DNA of 64,000 nucleotides from the NCBI GenBank assembly GCA_964016885.1, contig OZ024743.1:98022001-98086000 (forward strand), written 5' to 3'. The position numbers were made by a program, and so were the translations under genes. The first letter of the stretch is position 1. Every line of letters begins with the position of its first letter. Shown piece by piece: positions 13,621 to 27,430 of the stretch. This DNA is from Eledone cirrhosa (lineage: Eukaryota). The notes under the pieces were generated by a model. The model was not told the DNA's origin and searched no databases. It was given only the letters and a program-made list of their open reading frames with translations.

Positions 13621-14559
13621 GTCATAACCCTTGATTCCTTATTGAAAGCTCTGCGTTTCTATCCTGTCAGTGGTATTTCATGATTATTCTCTGTAACATC
13701 TACCAATTCAAATTAGGTCTTGTAGGGTGAAAACAATATCTTTGTTAGAATTTGTAGAAAACATTGGTGATTCGAAGATATAAACATCAACAATATGTAT
13801 ACATGTATTTGGATGTCTCTGAGTTTGTGTTTGTCTGAGGCAATTGCTGGCCTTGTGCCAAAAGTAGAAAAAATTAAAAAGATTATAGATATTGTCTCCT
13901 CTGATTATATGATATCTTATACACATGCCTAGTTTTATTGGAATCTCTTTAGGATAGTCGAAGCAATATATAAGGATTAAAATAAAGACATGAGTGTGTG
14001 GTGAGATTTACTTTACATTCATGTGATTTCAGGTTTAATCTCACTGCCTTGCAGCTTGAGCAAGTATCTTCCGGTTATAACCACGGTTTCACTAATATCC
14101 TAAGAGGGAAATTTGGTAGTTAGAAACTGGGTGGAAGTTCTTTGTATATCGTTTGTGTGTGGGTGAGATTGTGTGTGGCCCCGTAACTCCTGAAGGAATC
14201 GTGAGGGCGCTGTAGTGACATAAGCCGTTTCTGGCCTGGCCGATCCCTTGTTCAGCAGGTTTCTTCTAGAGAAGGAGAGAGAGTGATAGAAAAAGAGATG
14301 TAGAGGATGAACTGACCCCAATACTTGACTGGTACTTTTAAAGACAATTAGAAATAACAAAGTAAACGACACAGTTCAATGAAGACATTTAGTATTAGTT
14401 TTACGCTTGATATAGAAGAGAAAGAGTCTTAATGTTGCAGACGCTAGTCCTTCATCAGAAAATAGAATGAGAAATTAAAGAAAAAATAGAAAGATTGAGG
14501 AGAGAGGGCAGTGCAGAACCGAAAAAGGTATGGAGAGTTTAGTGTGTGGTGGGGATGGG

Positions 14560-14945
14560 AGGATTTATAGAAGATGGAAGTACAAAGGAGCCGAGCTGTT
14601 CAAGGGAGAGGTGGCGCCGATACAATCATCGGACCACTGAACTAGGAGACGATCAAGGCCTCAACGTAACCAACGAACAAGTTCGCTTAGTTAGGAACCA
14701 ATCTTGTACTCATGGCTATCCCAGAGACATGTTGGTAAAACTCTCTGGAAAAAGAAAAGCCCTTGAGAAGAAGAACGAGCTCAGCAAGGCCGAGGAGAGT
14801 AGAAGTGCTAGGGTTGGGTGTAGGGCCTAAGTCGAAAACATGTCGGAGAGCGCGGAGGCTGTCATCGTGAGGGATGAAGGTGTAGAGAGAGTTGATGTCC
14901 AGGGCAAAGAGAAGGCAAGAGGGACCAGAAGCAAATGTGAGGATG
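14560..14945 (-). pseudogene. Penelope-like reverse transcriptase fragment
   Basis: LLFALDINSLYTFIPHDD...FSFSREFYQHVSGIAMST (cf. DxxSLYTxIP and YxQxxGxAMG), then DDCIGAT downstream. Confidence 0.85.
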
Positions 14946-15197
14946 TGAAAAATAGAACATATATATAAACATTTTTGTAGCATCACTATGAATTTTAGCA
15001 TCCAAGGAAAAACTCCTTGACGACACCGCCACTGGTTCTCTTGGATGCTAAGACGAGAATATACTAAAAGCATAGTTTTATGCTTATGGACATTGGCTGA
15101 CAAAGCTCATTTGCATATAGAGGTAAAGCTGGTGGTCTCTAGTTAATGAGTGGGTGTGATGATCTTCCTCCGTCTACCATTATTGTTTGTTAATACA

Positions 15198-15390
15198 GGG
15201 CGGTGGATTGGCAGTATCGGTAGAGGGGCGGACGACATGCTTTGACGCATAGACTTACGGCCCTTGCCATTCTGAGTTCAAATTCCGCTGAGGTTAACTT
15301 CGCCTTTCATCCTTATGGGGTCGATAAAATAAAGTACCAGTAATACACTGAGTAATTGCTGGCCTTGTGCCAAAAGTAGAAACAATTATT
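15198..15390 (+). mobile_element. tRNA-derived SINE (main family) with 19-bp target-site duplication
   Basis: A/B boxes and core; attattgtttgttaataca at 15179-15197 and 15385-15403. Confidence 0.92.
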
Positions 15391-15944
15391 GTTTGTTAAT
15401 ACAAGATTGCGATGAAAATAAAAGCAAGTGGCATATCGTTTTGTTTTTCCCTTTTTACACAAATTAACCTATACGTTAAACCCCAATATGTGGAAGCGCG
15501 TAGTGTTGTCTCAAAGAGACTAAAATAATATATATGTCGGTCACAACTACTTGATTGACCATTTACTTGCATACAATACTTGTACTTGAGTAAAGCTCAT
15601 CGATGCTAGAAAAGCTTTGATAATAAAACTATTAATTTATTGTGCCATATAGTAATCTAATTTATTAATTTTGACTATTGTAATATGAACTATAGTTATA
15701 CTGGTAAAATAAATATTTAAGTTAGCATTCTTATTACAACAACATACTATGTAATTTACTTTAGCAGCTGTTGGTTGGAAGAGTTCAATAATATTGGAGA
15801 TTGCAAAATATGTTGGGATAAACAATTATATTCTGTGTCTGCTTTTAAATGTAAATATTTGTTTCAGTAATGTCTACCTCCGGAATAACGGTGTAACAAC
15901 ACTTCTAGTCAAACCTAGCAGATGTAGTTGATTTCTTGCTCTTG

Positions 15945-16435
15945 CTCCTCCTCCTCCTTTTCATCCTCATCCGTCTCCACCTCCTCCTCATCCTGCTCAT
16001 CATCCTCCTCATCCTCCTCATCCTCCTCATCCTCCTCATCCTCCTTTTTATCCTGTTCATCCTTCTCCTTCTCCTCCCAGTTCTCCTCATCCTACTCCTA
16101 CTCCTACTCCACCTCATCCTCATCCTCATCCTTCTCCTACACCCTCATCCTCCCCCTCATCCTCCTCATCCTCCTACCCCATCATCATCCCCTCCCCCTC
16201 CCATCCGCCTCCTCCTCCTACCATCCCCCTCATCCTCCCTCACCCTCCTCATCCTACCCCTTCATCCTCCCCTCACCCTCATCCTCCTCCTACCCCCTCC
16301 TCCTATCCCCTAATCCTCCCCATCATCCCCATCCTCATCCTACCCTCCACCTCCTCCTACCCCCTTCCCCTACCCCTCATCATCCCCATCATCCTCATCC
16401 TCATCCTACCCCCCCACCCTCACCCCCCCCCACCT
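15945..16435. repeat. (TCC/TCA)n-derived low-complexity pyrimidine tract
   Basis: Degenerate catcctcct repeats. Confidence 0.9.
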
Positions 16436-16544
16436 CACTACTGTCTCTCACCCACAATCCTATCAACACCCTATCCACCCTCGCCCCCTACACTCAGTCT
16501 AGCAAGACATACCAACTCCATAACTACATCCATTCTTCTTTTCT

Positions 16545-16900
16545 AAATAACTGTTTCTACGTTAGGCACAAGGCCAGCAATTACCCAGTTCATTACTGGT
16601 ACTTTATTTTATCGACCTCGTAAGGATGAAAGGCAAAGTTAACCTTGGCGGGATTTGAACTCAGATCGCAAAGGGACGTAACTATGCTGGAAAGCATGGC
16701 ATCCGACCCTCTACTGATACTGCCAAACCACAATGGTTTCTAGTTTTGAAACTAGACCAGCAATTCATGGGGAGGGGAGATGCCACTATATCAACCCCAG
16801 TAGAACACTGGTACTTTATTTATCGACCCTAAGAAAGTGAAAGAATTTTACCTCGGTGGAATTTGAGACCGGAACGTAACGAAATACTGCAATGCATCGC
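16545..16900 (-). mobile_element. Two adjacent SINE copies (main family)
   Basis: Core ctggtactttatt(t)tatcgacc occurs twice (~16597 and ~16808), with reverse B boxes. Confidence 0.8.
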
Positions 16901-17000
16901 ACAATGGATGGAACGTATGTATATTATGTATACACACACATATATATATATATAAATTAATTCAAAATATTAACAAAATAGATATTCTTGTGATCAAGTA

Positions 17001-17067
17001 TATTTTATTATACATATTTCAGAGGTACTGAGTTAAGTTCAACAGTACGTCCTCATCAGATAAAATA
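17001..17067 (-). ncRNA. Type I hammerhead ribozyme (family I)
   Basis: Minus strand: tattttat CTGATGA ggacgtactg..cagtacctct GAAA TATGTA TA ataaaata. Confidence 0.85.
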
Positions 17068-17204
17068 AGATGATGCATGACATACCCTGACATAGTAGAT
17101 GGTTAAGATTCAGTCATGAATTAATATTAATAACTCTGGAAAACCATTTCCAATCTATTGTAAAACTCATTCTTTGATTTATTCATTGAACCTTGTTTAA
17201 CTTT

Positions 17205-17253
<49 letters not shown>

Positions 17254-17390
17254 TCAGGTTTGAGGTTCCCCACTGTATAGAGCTGGTCAATTCCGTATGG
17301 TCAATCTCAATGTAATAATATGGAGAGTACTCAACGTAAAGCAGTTCAACCGTCTTTGTTTTTGTAGTTGGTGGTGCTAGTACGGAGTTA

Positions 17391-19637
17391 AATATTATAA
17401 TGGAATGACAGGAGGCTGGACTTGTGTAAATCCTTGAAAGGTTTATTATACTATGATCATTTTAATGACCGGGTTCCGTATGAATCCGGTGATATCATCA
17501 GGTATTCGAAATATAATAAGTGAATGTAATAGATAAAATCCATGGGGCTGAAAATCAAAGACCCGAGGACGACCGCCATCTAGTATCTTCCACCTTTGCC
17601 GGTCGCCCTCGAGTGACGTGGCTAAAGCTTACAGTGTGCTACTACCGGTCAAATAAAGGAAAACAGAAAGGAATAGGAACATAAGTCAGCGTTAATATCA
17701 TGCCACAAGAAAAAAGAAAGAAAGACAGAAAGAAGAGAGAAGGGGGAAGGAAGAAAAGGAAGACGAAGAGAAGCCAGGGTTAATGTCAGCTATAAGAAGA
17801 AAGACAGAAAGAAAAAGTAGGAAAGGTCGGTATTACAGTCAGGCCAGGAATGTCGCGAAAAAAATGTTTCTAAGGGACCCGTATCTTAACAACTACTATC
17901 GGTCAAATATAGGCAAACAAAAAGGGGAAGGAAGATAAGTCAGCGTTAATATCATGCCACAAGGAGAATATCCCTTACTCTACATCCCACTAGGATAACT
18001 TATAGAAGATCTACATAATACAATTAACGTTTCTTCATAAAAGACTCTCTTTAACTAAACCCCGCAACCCAAAACCTTTAAAAAGTTTTTTGAATGTTTA
18101 ATTTTCAATTTTCTATTTGTTCAATTCTCAATCTTCTTACTCTTCAATTTTATAATGTTATTCTGAATTCTTTCAACTTCATCCTATAAATCTAAACAAT
18201 ATTTTAACGTTCCAACTTTCTGTCGGACTGTTGGGTTGGTTTTCCTGGCGGCGGGACCGGCCCCCTGGCGCATAGGCCTACCTTGAGTGCTTGGAAAAAT
18301 AAATTTCCCCTTCTTTCGGTAAATGAAACTACTCGGAGTGGCTTGATTCTCCCCAGGGGCCCGGCGCGCAGCCGGTTTTTTGACCGCCATATAGTACCTT
18401 TAAATTACAGATCAAATCAGAACTATTAGATGTATCACGCCTCCCTCTACTTAAGCAAACCCCCCTCCTGGGTAAAGGAATAGTACTGGTTTTGTACAAG
18501 AATGGCCTAACGATGCGGGCTGACTTCCTGCTGGCGCACCTGAAGCCTGTTATACATTCCTAGAGTGCTCGGAAAAATCGATTTCCATATCTTTCGCTAG
18601 GCGATATCACTCGGCTGCCCAAGCTTGTAGTCGCCGCATGCTGTTTGACGGCTAAACAAAGACATAATCTTTACTCTATAATAAAATTTAAGTGTCTTCA
18701 TAAAAGACTCTTTCTTTGCTTAAACCTCGCAACCTTAAAAATGTTAAACTGTTTAACTTTCAATTTTCTAATTTCTTTAATTTTATAATGTTAATATTAA
18801 ATATTAATTTTTTAACTTCATCCTATAAGTCTAAACAAAAATGTAACGTTCCAATCTTCTGCTCACACATTATAACACACTGATCCCCACTATATTTACC
18901 TCTGCTAAAATACGGGCCCTTTTGAAAATATTTTTTTCGCGCCATTCCTGGCCTGACTGTAGTCTGACATTAATATCGACCTTTCTTCCTCTTTCTTTCT
19001 ATCTTTCTTCTTGTAGCCATCAATCCTGACTTTTCTTCTTCCTTTTCTTCCTTCTCTTCTCCCTTCTTTCTGTCTTTCTCCTTGTGGCATGATATTAACG
19101 TTGACTTATTTTCCTTCCCCTTTTTGTTTGCCTATATTTGACCGCTAGTAGTTGTTAAGATACGGGTCCCTTAGAATAAAAAATTTTTTCGCGACATTCC
19201 TGGCCTGACTGTAATACCGACCTTTCCTCCACTTTCTTTCTGTCTTTCTTCTTATAGCTGACATTAACCTTGGCTTCTCTTCTTCTTCCTTTTCTTCCTT
19301 CCCCCTTCTTCTCTCTTCTTTCTGTCCTTCTTTCTGTTTTCTTGTGGCATAATATTAGCGCTGACTTATGTTCCTATTCCTTTCTGTTTTCCTTTATTTG
19401 ACCGGTAGTAGCACACTGTAAGCTTTAGCCACGTCACTCGAGGGCGACCGGCAAAGGTGGAAGATACTGGATGGCGGTCGTCCTCGGGTCTTTGATTTTC
19501 AGCCCCTATTACATTCATTTATTATATTTCGAATACCTGATATCACCGGATTCATACGGAACCCGGTCATTGAAATGATCATAGTATAATAAACCTTTCA
19601 AGGATTTACACAAGTCCAGCCTCCTGTCATTCCATTA

Positions 19638-19645
<8 letters not shown>
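17391..19645. mobile_element. ~2.25-kb element with ~580-bp inverted arms and an internally duplicated spacer
   Basis: 17391-~17967 is the reverse complement of ~19076-19645. The spacer contains direct repeats at ~18030-18222 and ~18695-18861. The right end abuts (TA)n. Confidence 0.9.
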
Positions 19646-19700
<55 letters not shown>

Positions 19701-19731
19701 AAAATTAAAAGATGGTTAAAACAGTTCCATA

Positions 19732-19802
19732 TATTTTATTATGCGCATTTCAACAACAAATATCATCCTGGGACGATAGTTGCGTTCTCATCAGATAAAA
19801 TA
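19732..19802 (-). ncRNA. Type I hammerhead ribozyme (family I-related)
   Basis: Minus strand: tattttat CTGATGA gaacgcaactatc..gatatttgttgtt GAAA TGCGCA TA ataaaata. Confidence 0.8.
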
Positions 19803-19956
19803 AGGTAACATGATATGGCGCCTAAAAAACACTTGAACAAGGAAGTGTCCAAGGTCCAGTGTCTTCTTATATATACTCCAGTCCAATAAACTGTTGAGTG
19901 CTACCTATCCGATATATGCATAGTTTTATTGTTCTACAATAAAATTCACCTCCTAC

Positions 19957-20031
<75 letters not shown>

Positions 20032-20287
20032 CGGCGATGAATTAGTTTTGCGAGGTTTTGATATGAAATCGTGTGTCGAAACAAATATTGTTATACTTGG
20101 AGGAGGGTCATATTTGTGTAATAATATTGCCAGAATTAATAACAGAACACACTCACTGTTTGTTTGGTTTTCGCTTCTGTGTCTTTTATATCAGTTAATT
20201 TAATTTATTCGGTCCTCAATCTTACCATTGACTGACCAACTGTCAAAAATACAGATACAATATAGACACAAACACATATATATAGTC

Positions 20288-20332
20288 TAACAAAGTTCTT
20301 TCGTTGCACATCTGCAACATCGTCAGTGGTGC
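20288..20332 (-). ncRNA. Minimal hammerhead motif (family III)
   Basis: Minus strand: CTGACGA t gttgca-gatg-tgcaac GAAAGAACTT. Stem I is weak; stem II covaries with the 63.8-kb copy. Confidence 0.6.
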
Positions 20333-20386
20333 TATTATGTTTCCTCCTTTTGTATTGTATATCTACGCCATCTTTATTTAGTCTGT

Positions 20387-20429
<43 letters not shown>

Positions 20430-21647
20430 TTTGCAGTCCCACACTTTTGAAGGTTTATTATAACATTATGTGGCTCTTTTGAGCTTGCGCATTTTTCAGG
20501 TCTAGTTTAATATATTTTTAAGGCAACGCTTGTAATAACTCTAGTTAAACATGATATATATTAATCATAAATTATCATTGTAATGTAATTAGATTATATA
20601 ATTGTTATTTTATAAATGATCTTATAAATATTATTGTAAGATGTATAAAAATATTTTCAGACTTTTAATATAAACAACTACAAAAAACAATCAATATTAA
20701 CTAAATATATTTTACATAATAATTGTTATAGTTGAATTAATGAAAATTAAATATTACATACAAATAGTCTAACATAATAATAAAAAAAAATAATCTAACA
20801 TAATAATAAAATAATCTAACATAAAACGAACAATAATATGGACAAATATACAAGTAAATATGACACAACCAATATTATAAGCATGTTATAACGAACTGAA
20901 AAAAAATAGTTAATATAAATGTTTTAAATTATACATGAATTAACAATATAACTTACCAAAACGAGAAAAATATTTTGATGATAAACGACGAAATACAGGA
21001 GGAAGATTCGAAAGCGAAACGATAAATAAACGTGCAAACAAAATGGCGGATGCTTTTGAGCAACAATTACTCTCGTTGGTTGATTAGCCAATAAGACGAT
21101 GAAATTAGCCAATAAGACGATACATTACAAAACATGTTTGGCAGTGATCATCACCACGGCCAGCGACACCCCTTGAATTTTTTATTCACAAGGTACTCAT
21201 ATATGTCAGACATGCAGACTTAAAACATTCTGTTGTTAGTCACTGCGTGTCTAACAGATATTAATTATTTAGATTTGTTGATTCACCACTGGATAGAACT
21301 GGTCATTCCGTGTGGTCAACCTCGATGTAATATTAGGAAGAACACTCGACGTAATGCAACTCACCCGTCTTCGTTTGTGTTGTTGGAGGTGCGAGTACGG
21401 AGTTAATTATTATAATATATATATATACGTTATATATATATATATATTGGAGTTTATCAATTGAGACTAGTAAGACCATTGTTCAGCTTAGTTCTCGACA
21501 CTTAAGAAAGTAGAATGTAGGTTTTATGAGTGACTGCCCGACAGCTGAGCTCCAGCCGCTTCGGCGGCATGAGGATAACATTATCCACTCGCCGTTCAAA
21601 CGACAACAGCTCAGCCATCGGGCAGTAGCTCATAAATATACATATAC

Positions 21648-21765
<118 letters not shown>

Positions 21766-22629
21766 GTGTGTGTACGTGTGTGTGCGTGTGTGTGTGTGTG
21801 CGTGTGCGTGTGTGTGCGTGTGCGTGTGTGTGTGTGTGTGCGTTTGTGTACGTGTACATTTGCGTCACTGTTTATGTTTGTAACCAAACCGTTCGATAAA
21901 AAGAGATCAATGATTTAAGTGCTATATTTGAAAATATAGAGTAGTGAGATCGATAAGGCGCTGCTTCAAGCATGGCCTCAATCTGATGACTGAAATCAGT
22001 AAAAGAATCATAGAAAAGCAGGTTCTGAAAGGATTCAGCTTTTATGGTTACGCATTCGTATTACAATGTGTTATTATCTATAAAATATTGAGTCATCCAC
22101 AGTATTCGTTATTGCTATGGTGTTAGGCGTATATAGCATGAAGATGAGAGCCAAAGCACGGTTTATTGCTAGTGTTTGGAGATGGCTGTATTCAGTAATA
22201 TATGTCTGTCAAATATTGTACTTAAATTCAAAGAGATAAATCGAATATCAATAATATGGATGTCTGTCACTTTCCTCTAACTTCCCGTTAAATATTCTTA
22301 TTGATAACTATATCTGTGCAAACATTTAGGAAAATGTCTCGTATTAGATAAAGCCAGGCTTGATTCGAATAAATATATTATCAAAATGTCTATATATCAT
22401 TGTGGATCTGAATTACGCTACTTTCATAAGTACTGATACACGTGGGAAAAAGACAAAGCCTAGACAAAGAGTAACTAACCTTTTTTGGTATAAGAAACGG
22501 ATTGTTAAAGCCCGTGGGCGAGTAAATGTACTCAGAAAATACTGAACCTATATTTTTACAAATTCAAACCATGCAAATTATATTAAATTACTATGTTTGT
22601 CCTAACGCTTAAACTGTGGTATATATTCC

Positions 22630-22890
22630 AATCATCATCATCATTTTACGTCCGCTTTTCCCTGCTTGCAAGGGTGGGACGGGTCCTATTCAGCACAGCA
22701 TCTCTCCACTTGTCACGGTCCTTCATCATCTCCGTGAGCTACAGCGATCTGAGGTCAACTCTCCCACCTCCGCCCATGTTTTTTGTGGTCTTCCTCTACT
22801 GCGTCTTCTTTCTACTGGGATTTCTTGGCACTTCTTTACTCAGCGGTCATCCTCTATGCGCATCACATATCCATACCAACTGCGTTGGTA
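22630..22890 (-). mobile_element. RTE-clade LINE 3' fragment with (GAT)n tail
   Basis: Minus strand encodes RRRSRGRPQKTWAEV...KDRDKWR (RTE C-terminal GRPxxxW) and ends in tga repeats. Confidence 0.75.
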
Positions 22891-22959
22891 TGGACATATA
22901 TATATATTGGCACTCAGTCGGATTGTTTCCGAATAAGACGGTATGATTGAACCTATATA

Positions 22960-23090
22960 TAATTGTTTCTACTTTAGGCACAAGGCCAGCAATTACCCAG
23001 TACATTACTGGTACTTTATTTTATCGACCCCGTAAGGATGAAAGGCAAAGTCAACCTCGGCGGGATTTGAACTCAGATCGTAAAGGGACA
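22960..23090 (-). mobile_element. 5'-truncated SINE (main family)
   Basis: Core and B box present. Confidence 0.85.
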
Positions 23091-23894
23091 TAATGTCTGA
23101 TAGTATACAGTTCTCTAACTGCTATAGATCAGTCAATATATCAATATAATCAACCCTCTGAAACGATCGTAAGACAATGAAATGAATATCTAAAATAACT
23201 TACCTTTGTTATTATCATTGTTAAACTAATATCTAATATATCAGACTCCGTATTTAAAGGATTGACTCAGCGAAACACGGAACTAATCTCTGGATCTCAC
23301 TGAATTACTTGCTAATGGATCATATTGAGTTCTAACTACGATATAGACCCTACCACGATAGGTAGACCGCATTGTGTATATATATGTATATATATGTGTG
23401 GGGGTGGGTTAAAAAGAGAGAGAGGCATGTAGTTATATAATATGATAAAATTTCATTGTTCGGAAACTCTTTAATAGCTCGGAAATTTCTTTGGCGTAGA
23501 ACAGTAAATTAATGCATATTTAATAACATCCATTATAGAATATTTTTGTAAAATAAAAGCGGCGTAAATGTATATTCCAATATTTATCAAGCATTCATAA
23601 AACAATATTTAGTATAAAGATACACACTAAAGAGCAAAAGTCCTAATGGAACTTACTAGCATCGAATCAATGAAGTAATTGTCTGTACACGGTCTCTTGT
23701 TCGGACTTCATGGTAGTTGGAAGTATCGCTAGAGTGACGGGTATAATAAGATATTATGTAACGACCATTTACGTTCTGAGTTCAAACACCATCTAGGTCA
23801 ACTTTGCTTTTCATCCTTCCGAGGTCGATAAAATAAATCCCAACCTAGTACTGAGGTCATTATGATCAACTCTCCCTTTCCTTAAATTGCTAGT

Positions 23895-24230
23895 CTTCTT
23901 CTTCTTCTTCTTCTTCTTCTTCTTCTTCTTCTTCTTCTTCTTCTTCTTCTTCTTCTTCTTCTTCTTCTTCGCCCTCTTATTCCGGAGAGGGTCGTGGAGG
24001 CAGAGTCCTCAAACACTCCTTCCAGCAGGTCCTGTTGGAAGCAACCCTCTCCAACTAATCTGGCTCGATCCCCAAGCGTGACCAAGCTCATGGATGTTAT
24101 CCAACCATCTTGCTCGGGGTCTACCCCTGGGTGTCCTACCTGATGGTTTTGCCCGTAAAATCTGTCCAGCGATTCTTTACTGGGACATTCTAACCACATC
24201 ACCTTAGTATCAGTGCTGTGATCCCTCAAT
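23895..24230 (-). mobile_element. RTE-clade LINE 3' fragment with (GAA)n tail
   Basis: Alternative frame reads GDVVRMSQ*RIAGQILRAKPSGRTPRGRPRARWLDNIHELG. (TTC)n at 23895-23970. Related fragment at ~63543-63650. Degenerate SINEs flank it (~23715-23880, ~24270-24480). Confidence 0.8.
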
Positions 24231-24842
24231 TGCTGATCTCGTGTAAAATTTAGAAATCATAATCAAGGATGCTGAGTTTGCAGAATTGGTAGAGTGTTAG
24301 ATAAAATGCCATTGTGGTAATTTGTTCTGGTTCTTTACATTCAGAGTTCAAATTCTGCTGAGGCCAACTTTGCATTTCATCCTTCCGGGGTCTATATGAA
24401 AGTACCAGCTAAGTAATGAACTGTATTATCAACTTTGGCCTTTCCGCAAATTTTCTGGTTTTGTGGCTACAGGAGAAATCAATATTCCCGCTGAACTTCC
24501 TTGACCAAGGTCAGAAAAAACTTCAAAAGCATCATAGGGAATATATACCTTGTTCTAATAAAAAATAAAAAACAAAATTTCCCACGAAGAATTAATGCTA
24601 TAACAGTTCTAGATTTGCTCCGTTACAATTTTCTCAGTTACTTTCTTCTAAATATCTAAAAAAAATACTAAAGACTCTTTAGAAAATATTTAGATTTCTA
24701 TAATAATTTCATTTGGTTCTTTCCATTTGCTATGTTTAGAATAGAAGACTACTCGTACCTATGTGCTTCCTGTAGAGCACTCCCTACATGCATATTTTGC
24801 CTCTGTCTTTGTTCACACACACACACACAAACACACACGCAC

Positions 24843-24889
<47 letters not shown>

Positions 24890-24933
24890 ATAAGAAACGG
24901 AGAATCAGTGGTGCGACGAATTAAAATTTATTA

Positions 24934-25027
24934 GACATATTACAATCGGTTTCTGGCGACCAGCTCGAGGCACGATTGATGTAATGATCGAACCTGACTC
25001 TGAAATCGCAAGATCCTTAGATACGTC
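24934..25027 (-). ncRNA. Hammerhead motif with extended stem II (family IIa), core mutated
   Basis: Homologous to 30089-30183. Core reads CTAAGGA; stem I gacgtat/atatgtc is intact. Confidence 0.6.
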
Positions 25028-25699
25028 TCGATATTATATATATATGCGTGTAGTCTATGCCCCTACATTTTATTCTGAACACACACACACACATACAAAA
25101 CCATTTATATTGTTTTATTCACCAACTCAGACGACGAAAGATTTTTCTATGACATTTATTTTTGATATATAAAACCACAATGTGTCTGATTTAAAATGTT
25201 TGTATTTTCGTATTCTAGAATCTGAATATTTTGTCTTGCAATTATCTCACTTCATCCACTTCTCTTTTCACTTGAATCCATTGTTGCTTTACGTTTCCGT
25301 TCGAAATATTTCGTATGAATCCATGCCATTAATTAAATGAACAATTCTGGGAGCCTTATAAAAAATAGATTGCAATATATGTTTCTAGCTATACACACTA
25401 ATGTACTTATCTGCATTAGTATATTTATTACTATAGTCTCCTTGTTTGTTATTATTAATTAAACAAACAACGTTTTGTAATAGTTACTTCATGAAGTGTT
25501 GAATGAGATTTCAGATATTGTATCTTTGCAGTTATGCACGCAAATATATTTACAACCATTACTGTAACCATGGCCTCTAATTACCTGAAGGTGTGTATTT
25601 ATAGGGATTCTAAGAGCCAGTTAGTTATCATGTATGTGTGTCCATGTAAGCGTGCATGTGTATATACGTATATACACTCCTCTTGGCGTTGGCTTTCGA

Positions 25700-26460
25700 C
25701 AACATTGCCCGCTGAATATCTGGTACTTGAACGACACGACCCAGGATGGCTCGGTTGAGTCTATCTACGACGACCTTCATCATGTCCTTATTCCTATCAC
25801 TCCTTCGACTTGAAATCAACTTGTCCAAATTTGAGGTGATAAATGTGGGCTACTAACTACAAAAGACGACACTTGAACTCTAGGTTCACCAATACTCTCG
25901 AATATCATGTCATTGGCGAGTGTCTAGAGACCAAGTATTCTGACGAAGATGACGGAGAGACTGCGTCGCTTTGTGAGTTTCTGGCGGCCTTCTATCCGAA
26001 GAACTGCTTAGACCTCCCAAAACTACTCTTCCTGTTGCACGGTGCGTCATGTTACTCTCCTGGGGAACGTTGTGTCAAGCTCATCTGCAATGTTAGTTTC
26101 GACAGTGCCGGCTGACAACAGGTGGGATTCTCCGTGAAATTCTATGACCTCAGCCTCCAAGCCACTTCTGATCTAGTACTGCCAGCCTACTTTTCCTCAA
26201 TCTCCTCCAGCCACAACCTCATCAGCGAGGTCATCTGCAAGACGGCAGAATCAGACGGAGATCTCACCGTCTCCCAGTTTGCAGATGTCAAACTGAATTG
26301 GAACGATATCATGTGCAGGTCAACCTTGAGGAGGATCCAGCTTTCCTTGGTCCAACGCCGTCACGCCTGTCCGTCACGCCTCACATTTTCCGTGGCAGTC
26401 CTTCGCTATTTTCTCAGCGGCGCCCAGTTGAAACTTATCACCCACACTGGGGTTTATAGG
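25700..26460 (+). pseudogene. Degenerate CRE-like non-LTR retrotransposon RT region
   Basis: LNIWYLNDTT (cf. WYLDDGT), LEINLSKFEV (cf. LxLNxxKCE), LPKLLFLLH, QVGFSVK...DLVLPAYFSS (cf. QAxLPV...LALPAFLSS). Frameshifted. Confidence 0.6.
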
Positions 26461-27194
26461 CTGTTGCTCCCACCGGCTTTTCCTTTTTCTTTTTCTTTTT
26501 CTTTTTCTTTTTCTTTTTCTTTTTCTTTTTCTTTTTCTTTTTCTTTTTCTTTTTCTTTTTCTTCTCATTACTTTTCGTCTTCTTATTGCCATTGACATTA
26601 TATCACATATTCGCTTTAGTTTAATAAACAAGCTTACTTGTGTGGATATCTAAAAACAAATATGTTGAAAGATCAGAACTGAAAGTAAGAGACAAGTTCG
26701 TCCACCAAAGCAGCCCACTCTGATGTTCGTTCTTCTCAGATGATAAAATATCAACAAGGCCTAAGAAATCAACTTACTCCTACAGAGACTTTCAGTCATG
26801 TATCTAGTCTAGCTCGAGCTTAACAGGAGTGGCTATGTACAGTACCTTCTTTATTCGGGGTAGACATGAGACATAAACACGATTGAAATATTTCTTGAAT
26901 GATATCATCAGATTTGTTTAAGACATATTCTGAATGCCAATGAGGCACAGTTCACCTCACTCTAGGTGTTTACTTTAGAGACATAATGAACATCTAGCAA
27001 CAAGTAGATATCACAATTAACCACTCTTTAAATAGCGAAGTGTTGTTCTGTTAGCTAGAAGTAGGAACCACTGCGAGGGAGCGTTAGCTGAGGCGTAAGA
27101 TAAACACCGACACAGTGACTACTTACGATTTGGAAGACGATAACAAAATAACTAATACATACACACACGCATACACACACATACACACAAACAT

Positions 27195-27247
<53 letters not shown>

Positions 27248-27430
27248 TACACACACACATACACACACATACATATACACACACATACACACACACATAA
27301 ATACATACACACACACACACAAACAAACACTCACACACATACACACACAGAGACACACACACACATATACATACACACACATACACCCCCACCCACACAC
27401 GCGCGCGCGCGCGCACGCACACACACACAA

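Noticed and set aside
21980-22000. CTGATGA ct GAAA string
   Set aside because: No room for stem II and no stem I/III; it looks like a SINE tail remnant.
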